Virus record (IMG/VR): IMGVR_UViG_3300033066_001253
Span: 13,223-77,222 of that record
Reading direction: 5' to 3' (one strand)
DNA: 64,000 nt
DNA from: a virus
Lineage: Duplodnaviria; Heunggongvirae; Uroviricota; Caudoviricetes
The notes beneath the pieces are model-generated. The model saw only the letters and a program-made list of their open reading frames with translations. It did not search any database and was not told where the DNA came from. This document shows, piece after piece, positions 57,400 to 64,000 of this stretch. Every line of letters begins with the position of its first letter. Position 1 is the stretch's first letter. A program made the position numbers and the translations under genes.

Positions 57400-57961
57400 A
57401 GTATAGCAAACCATAGTGATGTTAGGTGGGTGTGGTTTTGTGTAAGGTTGTGTGTCGGAGTTCTTAAAGAGTGTATATGGCCTGGGGTGAGGTGTGGGGA
57501 ACGGGTAGGGTCGGGAAATGAAACATTTCATGGCGCTGTTCCTCCTCCTCGTATTCGACAAATATATACTTTCTATTCCATGCACCGCATCCCCCCTATT
57601 CCATGCATCGCATCTTCTTATTTCGTGGTTATTTAGTTTAATTTTCGTATAGTTAATCAACTTAAAAATAAATAGTTATGATGGAATTTAAATTTTACAC
57701 ATGGTTCTACACTAGTGAAATTACTGGATTAGAATATCAGTTTGGAATGAATTAATAAACACCCTAATGACAAATTTAGAACCACACCCACTCTATTTCA
57801 CATCTGTAAATCCAGGTGAGGTGTTTTGGAAATGTTATGGGATCGAAATTATAGTTGTGTGTTTGAATTAAATATAGTTTCTATAAATAATCGTTGTTAT
57901 TGAGATATAGATTCGTATGTTTAAAATAAGAAATTAATTATAAACGTTAATATAAGTGGTT

Positions 57962-58165
57962 ATGAAAAAATCCCAAATACTCAAAAAATTAGGTGAATTC
58001 CTAGATCCTATAGAAATTGGATTCCTACAAATAATTACTAATGGTAATCCAGGTGGAATTGAAATATGTTTTGCTATTTGTAGAATATTAAATGTTGTAC
58101 CTTCTCACCATGAAAAAGAGGTATCGGGATTATTAAAACAATTATTAAAAATCCATTTTAAATGA
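57962..58165 (+). CDS. hypothetical protein
   Basis: Track ORF 57956 (GTG) trimmed to the ATG at 57962. Confidence 0.35.
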   Translation: MKKSQILKKLGEFLDPIEIGFLQIITNGNPGGIEICFAICRILNVVPSHHEKEVSGLLKQLLKIHFK

Positions 58166-58354
58166 TTCGTTGCTCAACTAAATAAAATTCGTATAGTTAA
58201 GCAATAAAGAAATTTAACAAAACGTTGTTTGAAATATTAGTCTCGACCTCCACATCAAAATAAAGACAAATTAAGAGTCGTTGCCTATTAAAAAACAAAT
58301 CGTATAGTTAAAGTATAAATAAAATAAATAATTAACAATTAAAAAATCAAGGTT

Positions 58355-58735
58355 ATGAAAAAAGAAACAAAAAACACAGGAAAAAAAGCAAGTAACAAAG
58401 TTGCTAAAGTTGAAGTAGTTGAAACACCAGTTGTTGAGACTCCAATCCAAGAAACAGTTGTAGATACTACAACAAATCCAGTAAAAGTAGAAACACGTGG
58501 TCGTAAAGTTGATCCAAACAGCCCTCGCCAAATCCGTTTAGCTAAAATGGCTGAAAATAAAGCGAAAGGTGTTGATGGAAGAGGTCGTCATACAGATCCT
58601 AACAGTGCCCGTCAAGCTAAATTAGCAGCATTTGAAGCTAAAAAGGCAGCAGGTATTGAAATAAAAAGAGGACGTCCAGCTGGAAGTGGAAAGAAAGTTG
58701 AAGTGGCTCCTGTTGAGGAAGCAAAAGGAGAATAA
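58355..58735 (+). CDS. Lys/Ala-rich basic protein with internal repeat (possible DNA-binding/histone-like)
   Basis: 126 aa. Internal repeat GRKVDPNSPRQ(I/A)RLA / GRHTDPNSARQAKLA; K/A/E-rich. Followed by a strong terminator. Confidence 0.4.
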   Translation: MKKETKNTGKKASNKVAKVEVVETPVVETPIQETVVDTTTNPVKVETRGRKVDPNSPRQIRLAKMAENKAKGVDGRGRHTDPNSARQAKLAAFEAKKAAGIEIKRGRPAGSGKKVEVAPVEEAKGE

Positions 58736-58745
58736 TAACAAATGA

Positions 58746-58779
58746 CCCCCACCCAAATATAGTGGTGGGGGTTTATTTT
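58746..58779 (+). terminator. rho-independent terminator
   Basis: CCCCCACC-CAAATATAGT-GGTGGGGG hairpin (8 GC-rich bp) followed by TTTATTTT. Confidence 0.75.
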
Positions 58780-58850
58780 AAAAAATATCGAGGTTATAAG
58801 TATTAGGTTTCGTATAGTTATATTATAATAAAAATTAATAACACAACATT

Positions 58851-59030
58851 ATGGAACAATTAGTGGTAAATAAAATTATTGGTGGTTTAATGGGTATTAA
58901 GAATGGTACCAAACAACCTAAAGACGTAGCTCCATGGTTAAACCGATTAAAAGGTATTAATGAGGGGTTATATGAAGATTATTTAGTTAAATATAAGAAG
59001 TTAACACAAGGTGAGGAGGAGACTGTATGA
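58851..59030 (+). CDS. hypothetical small protein
   Basis: 59-aa ORF below the track threshold. Preceded by a CGTATAGTTATATTATAATAAAAATTAATAA promoter copy; stop overlaps the ATG at 59027. Confidence 0.3.
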   Translation: MEQLVVNKIIGGLMGIKNGTKQPKDVAPWLNRLKGINEGLYEDYLVKYKKLTQGEEETV

Positions 59031-59215
59031 TAATTAAACGTAGTGTTGATACAGATAATAGTGGAGTTAAATGGTGGGCTGTATCTCATTCTCAAGATGG
59101 TACACCTGATCAAATATCATGTTTTAATTGGTTTCGTTCTAAAGCCGAAGCAGATAAATATTATTCTACATTACCAGGTGCCAAGGAGGTAGTTAGTAAG
59201 AGTCGTTGTTTATAG
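59027..59215 (+). CDS. hypothetical protein
   Basis: 62 aa. Confidence 0.3.
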   Translation: MIIKRSVDTDNSGVKWWAVSHSQDGTPDQISCFNWFRSKAEADKYYSTLPGAKEVVSKSRCL

Positions 59216-59277
59216 ATTTATGTTTCGTATAGTTAAACATAATAAGAAATTAATATAAATAATTAAAATATAATATT

Positions 59278-59559
59278 ATGAAATATCAAATCAAAAGTAT
59301 ATTTGAACAAATTGCAGAGCAAGTATTCAAAATGAGTGATGTAGTTAAAGCAAAACAATTCATAGCTGAATTTGTAGTTGAAAAAGGTATTAATGATAAA
59401 GACAAACAACTGATATTAAATAATATCCAGGGTTGTAAAAATATAGTTGCCCTCCAACGTTATATTTGTAACTCATTGTTAAAATATGAGGGTATGAGTG
59501 TAGGTAAACCAGGTAAGGTTGAGGTGAGTGAACCAAGTGTTGATGTAGTGGTTGAATAA
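59278..59559 (+). CDS. hypothetical protein
   Basis: 93 aa. Confidence 0.35.
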   Translation: MKYQIKSIFEQIAEQVFKMSDVVKAKQFIAEFVVEKGINDKDKQLILNNIQGCKNIVALQRYICNSLLKYEGMSVGKPGKVEVSEPSVDVVVE

Positions 59560-59642
59560 TTATAATGTCTTTGTTTTATTAAATATGTTTCGTATATTTA
59601 ACTTATAAGATTAATAATTAATAATAATTAAAAATAAATAAC

Positions 59643-59810
59643 ATGAACGATTTTGAAAAAATAAAACAACATTTATCTGAATTGGTAAAATTAGTTGGTA
59701 AAAACACTGAAAATGCTGATAATATTGATTTATATGATATGTGTGATGGTTTAGAACAAATGTTAGATATATTTGAAAGTATTGAAGGTTTTGAAAAATA
59801 TGACGAATAA
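59643..59810 (+). CDS. hypothetical small protein
   Basis: 55-aa ORF below threshold; promoter CGTATATTTAACTTATAAGATTAATAA upstream. Its stop abuts copy 1 of the 24-bp direct repeat. Confidence 0.3.
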   Translation: MNDFEKIKQHLSELVKLVGKNTENADNIDLYDMCDGLEQMLDIFESIEGFEKYDE

Positions 59811-59905
59811 TTTCATGGTGTAGTTAGTTGAATAGTTATAATATCGTTGCTACTTAAAATAACTCTCGTATATTTAACTCAAATAAATAATTAAAATATA
59901 ATAAT

Positions 59906-60169
59906 ATGAAAAATTTAATTCCAATAACAGTTGAAGGTTTGAAACAATTAAATAAATTATTGAATGATTATTATTTAAAAGATTTAAATGAAAGATTATT
60001 CAATGATGTAGATACAGATTGTTTGAATCATTGTATAAGTAGTGATATAAATGGAAATAAAGTATTTAATGAATATGAACGTTTAATTACGAATAAATTC
60101 ATTCTTGAACAAATAGATATAATAAATTGGAATTATTGTAATTTAAGACAATTAGAATTGACTTTATAG
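59906..60169 (+). CDS. hypothetical protein flanked by 24-bp direct repeats
   Basis: 87 aa. Confidence 0.35.
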   Translation: MKNLIPITVEGLKQLNKLLNDYYLKDLNERLFNDVDTDCLNHCISSDINGNKVFNEYERLITNKFILEQIDIINWNYCNLRQLELTL

Positions 60170-60779
60170 AAATTTCATGGTGTAGTTAGTTGAACAAGAG
60201 TAGGCGTTCCGACAAGTCGGGATGCCTTTCTCTTTCCTTTTCTTTCTTCCCGACATGTCTTCTAGAAGAAGAAGTCCCTAGGACTTGACGCGTACGGCGG
60301 TATACCGTATGGGGGGAGTATTGTGTGGGATACCACGCGCGCTGATGTCCGTCGGGCGGGGCGCCGGTGTTCCGGAAGGCCCCGACGACCTAACAACGTA
60401 CGTATAACATATAAGGATCGATTTGTATATCCCTATATCTAACCCAAACCACTCAATAACCCAAACCGAACAACCACTCCCAAACCCCTTTAAAAAAATA
60501 AGTTTGTCTTGGTTCTTCTAAAAAATTATCGTATGTTTCCACTATAGGGTTTTTGGAATAATAATCGCAAATCTCAAAAAGTAAGAGAATGACAAAAATA
60601 TAGTTTATAAAAAAGAATATATACAAATATAAATAATAAATAACTATGGAAAACAAAAACCATATTTTTATATAGATGGAGAAACAGGTAAACAAAAATA
60701 TTTACTTGGTGCTTGGAGAGTTGGAGTACATGAAAATTGGACAATAGGTGAAATTGAATTAAATGACTAAATATAAATT

Positions 60780-60986
60780 ATGAATTGGATATCAGTTACA
60801 AATAAATTACCAACATGTTGGTCTCAACATGGGAAAGACTATGGAAGTGGTTATTTACTTGGTTATACTAAATATAATGAAGTAGTAATAACTCAATTAT
60901 GGAATAATAAAGATTGGGAAAATGAAGATGAGGAAGATGATTATATCACTCATTGGATGAATTTACCTTTACCACCACAAACATAA
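60780..60986 (+). CDS. hypothetical protein
   Basis: 68 aa. Confidence 0.35.
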   Translation: MNWISVTNKLPTCWSQHGKDYGSGYLLGYTKYNEVVITQLWNNKDWENEDEEDDYITHWMNLPLPPQT

Positions 60987-61035
60987 AACTTCGAACCTGT
61001 TCCATATTTATATCCGAACCTAAAGCCTCAATATT

Positions 61036-61695
61036 TTGGATCGTATATATACATTCTCAGATCTGGAAAATATAAATAGGTTTATATCATCCCTCAAACG
61101 TAAAGCCAAAAAATATAATATTAGGCTTGAACTCAACAACGATAAATTTGTTACTATTTCAGATGAAATAAAATGTAGCGGTTATTTTGAGGAAAAATTC
61201 AAACATCATCCCGGCTTGTTAACTACTGCTACAGGTAAACCTATTAATATGTGGTTACCTGTTTTGGTACATGAATCCTGTCATATGGATCAATGGGAGG
61301 AAAAAACACCTATATGGAAAGAATATCAATCTTCTGATACTGCTATTATTGATATGTGGTTAGCTGGAAAACGCGTAAATAGTGAGAAAGTATATAGAGC
61401 TTTAGATATAAGTAGGGATATGGAGTTAGATTGTGAACGTAGGTCAGTTAATAAAATAATTAAGTTTAATTTACCCATTGATATAACTGAATATATACAA
61501 AAAGCCAACTGTTATATATTTTTTTATAATTATCTTAAGATAAGTAAGAAATGGAGTTTACCTGGTAATAGTCCTTATAATAATCCAAATATATATAAGA
61601 AAGTGAGTGGAGATTGGTATGATGATTATAGTGTAACTCCTAAAGAAATCGATCGTTTATTTAAAAAATATAAAATAGGATATGATAAAATCTAA
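61036..61695 (+). CDS. hypothetical HExxH-motif protein (possible zinc metallopeptidase)
   Basis: Contains VLVHESCHMDQWEE (HExxH + E). Track start is TTG at 61036; first in-frame ATG is at 61249 and a CGTATATATACA promoter-like element lies at 61040-61051, so the true start is uncertain. Confidence 0.35.
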   Translation: MDRIYTFSDLENINRFISSLKRKAKKYNIRLELNNDKFVTISDEIKCSGYFEEKFKHHPGLLTTATGKPINMWLPVLVHESCHMDQWEEKTPIWKEYQSSDTAIIDMWLAGKRVNSEKVYRALDISRDMELDCERRSVNKIIKFNLPIDITEYIQKANCYIFFYNYLKISKKWSLPGNSPYNNPNIYKKVSGDWYDDYSVTPKEIDRLFKKYKIGYDKI

Positions 61696-61769
61696 ATATA
61701 AGTAGGAATAGGGAAAAAGATTCATATATTTATTGGAGTACAACTTAATATTAATATTAAAAAATTATA

Positions 61770-62174
61770 ATGAAAAAAGAAGAATTTAAAAACCTTATTA
61801 ACGAATGTGTTAAGGAGGTTATGCTTGAAGAAAAAGCAGCTAAAAAAGGTAAAGCCATTAAGCAAATTAAAGAAATTGCTGATGAACATGGTATTACTAA
61901 AGATGAATTAAATGAAATTTTTGGTTTCTCTGCTAAAGAAAAAGAAGCTAAGAAAGCTAAAGCAGAAGAAGTTTATGCTAAAAGATATAAAGCTAAAGAA
62001 GCAGAAGCAGCTAAACGTAATGATATAGATGTTCCAACATATCACAAAGCAATGGTTGACTATTTAATATCTACTAATTTAGTGCCGGGACCTGCTACTT
62101 ATGATAAAGCTAAAGGTAAAATGGTTAGTGCTGGTAAAACTGGTGGTATCGCTGGTATTGTTGGTGGTAATTAA
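61770..62174 (+). CDS. hypothetical K/A/E-rich protein with Gly-rich C-terminus
   Basis: 134 aa. Confidence 0.35.
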   Translation: MKKEEFKNLINECVKEVMLEEKAAKKGKAIKQIKEIADEHGITKDELNEIFGFSAKEKEAKKAKAEEVYAKRYKAKEAEAAKRNDIDVPTYHKAMVDYLISTNLVPGPATYDKAKGKMVSAGKTGGIAGIVGGN

Positions 62175-62200
62175 TTAACAGAATATATAGAGAATTAAAG

Positions 62201-62227
62201 AGCCGATCATTTAGATCGGCTTTTTTA
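62201..62227. terminator. bidirectional rho-independent terminator
   Basis: Perfect AGCCGATC-ATTTA-GATCGGCT hairpin flanked by A-run and T-run. Sits between convergent + and - strand genes. Confidence 0.75.
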
Positions 62228-62411
62228 TTACAATGTTATGGGTCCTTTTTTCTAAATACCAATATTTAGGATATTCTTCTTCTATTTTCATGGAGCTTTT
62301 ACTCCATAAGGTTTCGATTCTAAACCAAAATAATTCTCCCTTATCAGTATGATACCAACTGGAATAAGTAGGAGGATCTGTTAACGCATCAAATTGATAA
62401 AATTCTTTCAT
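62211..62411 (-). CDS. hypothetical protein (minus-strand cassette)
   Basis: 66 aa, Trp/Tyr-rich. Confidence 0.35.
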   Translation of the reverse strand: MKEFYQFDALTDPPTYSSWYHTDKGELFWFRIETLWSKSSMKIEEEYPKYWYLEKRTHNIVIKKPI

Positions 62412-62412
62412 A

Positions 62413-62613
62413 TTAATTTTCTAATCGTTTTAGTAATTCATCAGCACAATCAACAGATCTATTTACAATCCATTCAATAGTTCTATCACTTCTAATTAAT
62501 CCTTGCATAGCTAATCCTGCAAAATATTCTCTTTTAGTTAGTCCTTTAATAAAATTAGGATGATTATAATTTTCATTTCCTACTGGATATATTGGTTGAT
62601 CTTTGTTTTCCAT
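62413..62613 (-). CDS. hypothetical protein (minus-strand cassette)
   Basis: 66 aa; 1-nt spacing to neighbours. Confidence 0.35.
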   Translation of the reverse strand: MENKDQPIYPVGNENYNHPNFIKGLTKREYFAGLAMQGLIRSDRTIEWIVNRSVDCADELLKRLEN

Positions 62614-62614
62614 A

Positions 62615-63037
62615 TTATTTATTTTCTAAAATTGATTTATCGTAATTATTTAATGAATCAATACCACTCTCAGATATTTTATCTAAAATATTATCTATTG
62701 TTTGATTTTCTGTTAAAAAATCATCTATTAAAATTCTTAACATAGCATCAGTATGTTTATCTTCTAGTCTTGGTAAATTACCCTTTAATATATCTTCGGT
62801 AATATCTTTATTAACAAAGTTAATACTTAATGTATGGAATACTTCAAATATATCATTTAAAATTTCTTCTTCTCCAAACGCAAACATACACTGTAATCCT
62901 AATTCATTTTCAAATTCAATATATTTGAATGAATGAAATAAATCTTCTATTTGATTTACTAATTCAGGTGTTTGAGCTGTTAAAATATCATTAAGTTCTA
63001 ATGATGTATGTCCTGTTGTTATTTTAAGAAATTTCAT
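62615..63037 (-). CDS. hypothetical acidic protein (minus-strand cassette)
   Basis: 140 aa. Confidence 0.4.
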   Translation of the reverse strand: MKFLKITTGHTSLELNDILTAQTPELVNQIEDLFHSFKYIEFENELGLQCMFAFGEEEILNDIFEVFHTLSINFVNKDITEDILKGNLPRLEDKHTDAMLRILIDDFLTENQTIDNILDKISESGIDSLNNYDKSILENK

Positions 63038-63128
63038 AACTTTTATTTTTTATTAATTTTATAATATAAATATATGACTATTTTGGCGATAAACCACGAC
63101 AAAAAATATTTTCTTAATATTTATAATC

Positions 63129-63674
63129 ATGAAAAAATATAATATAATTGAATTAAGAACGGAGTTTAAACGATTAAACTATATTTGGTTTCCATTTATG
63201 TTAGTTGGTGTTCGTTCTAAAGCCAATATTCCTGACCAATTTGATGATTTAATTGGTGTTATTAAAAATGATACTATTACTTGGTTTAATTGTACAACAA
63301 ATCCTGGAACTCATTGGTTGAAAAACTTATTGAATCCTAAAGGTGCTGCTTTACTTAAACCAAATCAATATTTAAATACTTGGCAAATAGCTTTACATCA
63401 AGGTAAATATGAAGCATTATGTCAACGTAAACCAGTAACTGTTTATCGTGATGGTGATAAAGATAACATTGCTGAGGAAACAGCTATTACTGAAACTGGA
63501 TTGTTTGGGATTAATATACATAGAGCTAATCCAAGTGCTATAAGTAAAATTATAGATAAATGGAGTGCAGGTTGTCAAGTTCTTAACGACCCAAATGAAT
63601 TTAAAGAATTATTAAGATTATGTAAGCTTTCAGGACAAAAAGAATTTACATACACGTTATTAAATGAGTTTTAA
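63129..63674 (+). CDS. hypothetical protein, candidate cell-wall hydrolase (endolysin?)
   Basis: 181 aa with conserved-looking Cys (WFNCTTNPG) and His (GINIHRANP) about 75 aa apart. It sits immediately upstream of a 2-TM holin-like gene. Function inferred mainly from context. Confidence 0.25.
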   Translation: MKKYNIIELRTEFKRLNYIWFPFMLVGVRSKANIPDQFDDLIGVIKNDTITWFNCTTNPGTHWLKNLLNPKGAALLKPNQYLNTWQIALHQGKYEALCQRKPVTVYRDGDKDNIAEETAITETGLFGINIHRANPSAISKIIDKWSAGCQVLNDPNEFKELLRLCKLSGQKEFTYTLLNEF

Positions 63675-63691
63675 ACTTAACTTTTAAAAAA

Positions 63692-63928
63692 ATGAACGCA
63701 TTGAAAAATTATTACAAACCAACACCTAAAAAATGGAGAAAATTAGGTGATGCTATTTTAGCTACTTCAGTATTTGTTACTGGTGGTGGTTTATTAGCTT
63801 TTGATCAACTTAAAGACATTTTTGGAGATGGTTTCCTTAAATGGTCTATAGGTATTGCATTTATTGCTGGTGTTGTAGGGAAATTCCTTACAAATCTATT
63901 TAAAGAAGACGAAACCCCCTCAGTTTAA
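63692..63928 (+). CDS. holin-like small membrane protein
   Basis: 78 aa. Two hydrophobic segments (ILATSVFVTGGGLLAF; IGIAFIAGVVGKFL) and a charged C-terminus. Confidence 0.35.
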   Translation: MNALKNYYKPTPKKWRKLGDAILATSVFVTGGGLLAFDQLKDIFGDGFLKWSIGIAFIAGVVGKFLTNLFKEDETPSV

Positions 63929-63951
63929 TTTAAATAAACTTATTAATTAAA

Positions 63952-63981
63952 TGGTTTAGATTTATTTCTAGACCATTTTTA
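63952..63981 (+). terminator. rho-independent terminator
   Basis: TGGTTTAGA-TTTATT-TCTAGACCA hairpin (9 bp, one G-U) followed by TTTTTATT. Confidence 0.55.
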
Positions 63982-64000
63982 TTCTAAATATAGGTAGGAA

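Noticed and set aside
57379-57660. Track ORFs 57430-57636 (+) and 57379-57660 (-) in the G/T-rich block
   Set aside because: Both are driven by extreme strand-compositional skew (Gly/Val/Cys versus Pro/His/Thr low-complexity translations). No promoter cassette or AAGGTTATG-type start. Treated as a non-coding element instead.
9622-58531. Numerous minus-strand track ORFs nested inside plus-strand genes (for example 9622-9807, 10312-10542, 12185-12382, 17691-17879, 18087-18308, 19499-19699, 22329-22517, 24009-24230, 28278-28562, 28750-29019, 31425-31607, 32323-32619, 35517-35738, 37837-38043, 41157-41390, 47534-47767, 49480-49715, 51925-52131, 55648-56142, 58271-58531, 61326-61508)
   Set aside because: They lie antisense to longer, motif-bearing genes in a strictly unidirectional genome. 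They are low-complexity (Leu/Ile/Phe/Asn-rich), as expected from AT-rich antisense, and have no start context or promoter motif.
60453-60695. Minus-strand 80-aa track ORF spanning the CA-rich tract and the next promoter
   Set aside because: Overlaps the conserved promoter cassette at 60505-60545 and a low-complexity tract. The hydrophobic repetitive translation is typical of antisense AT-rich DNA.
30325-61036. Several track ORFs starting at TTG/GTG or at ATGs inside the CGTATGTTTA promoter element (30325, 30925, 48426, 56443, 57956, 61036)
   Set aside because: The extensions contain the conserved promoter cassette itself, and true starts follow at the AAGGTTATG-type ATG. Coordinates were trimmed accordingly; 61036 was left flagged as uncertain.

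Overview
The window reads as an accessory/early region of a large, AT-rich (about 30% GC) virulent-looking bacteriophage genome. Nearly every gene is on the + strand and densely packed; the only minus-strand genes are a 3-gene block at 62.2-63.0 kb. No capsid, portal, terminase or DNA polymerase genes are recognisable.

Host inference: the host is probably a Bacteroidota (Flavobacteriia-like) bacterium. Three observations support this: (i) a recurring promoter-like motif that matches the Bacteroidetes sigma-A architecture (-33 TTG, about 19-21 nt spacer, -7 TAnnTTTA); (ii) one encoded protein carries a type IX secretion (T9SS) C-terminal sorting domain plus a signal peptide; (iii) the AT-rich composition.

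Two architectures are visible:
- 3-19.4 kb: a compact operon-like glycan island. It holds two GT4-like, one GT10 fucosyltransferase-like and one possible GT-A glycosyltransferase (a GT2-like glycosyltransferase lies further on, at 22.4 kb), a DegT-family enzyme whose PLP-binding Lys is replaced by His (3-dehydratase-like), an NDP-hexose 4,6-dehydratase, a ThDP-dependent acetolactate-synthase-like enzyme (YerE-like C-C branching candidate), a PanB-like hydroxymethyltransferase, an RmlD-like reductase, a hexapeptide acetyltransferase, a TylF-like O-methyltransferase and a TylC3-like C-methyltransferase. This is the best candidate for a previously undescribed phage-encoded branched-chain deoxysugar/glycan modification system.
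- 30-61 kb: about 60 short genes, almost each with its own copy of a highly conserved promoter (TCGTTG/TCGAGG/TCTTGG ... CGTATAGTTA / CGTATGTTTAACTTATAAATTAATAAA ... AAGGTTATG).

Other notable items:
- a tRNA-Met(CAT) inside a 1.1-kb ORF-free structured region, and a second tRNA-like 3' fragment at 56.8 kb;
- an RNA/DNA-ligase-like nucleotidyltransferase and a metallophosphatase;
- a 38-unit in-frame 12-bp tandem repeat encoding (R/D/G/Y/C)-S-Q-L inside a 552-aa ORF;
- a sharply GC-rich, palindrome-dense 300-bp island preceded by 24-bp direct repeats;
- a G/T- versus C/T-skewed non-coding block;
- an A9 tract that breaks an otherwise clean small ORF;
- several paralogous gene families;
- a putative lysis cassette at the 3' end.

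Functional calls rest on motif recognition by eye and should be confirmed by profile searches.
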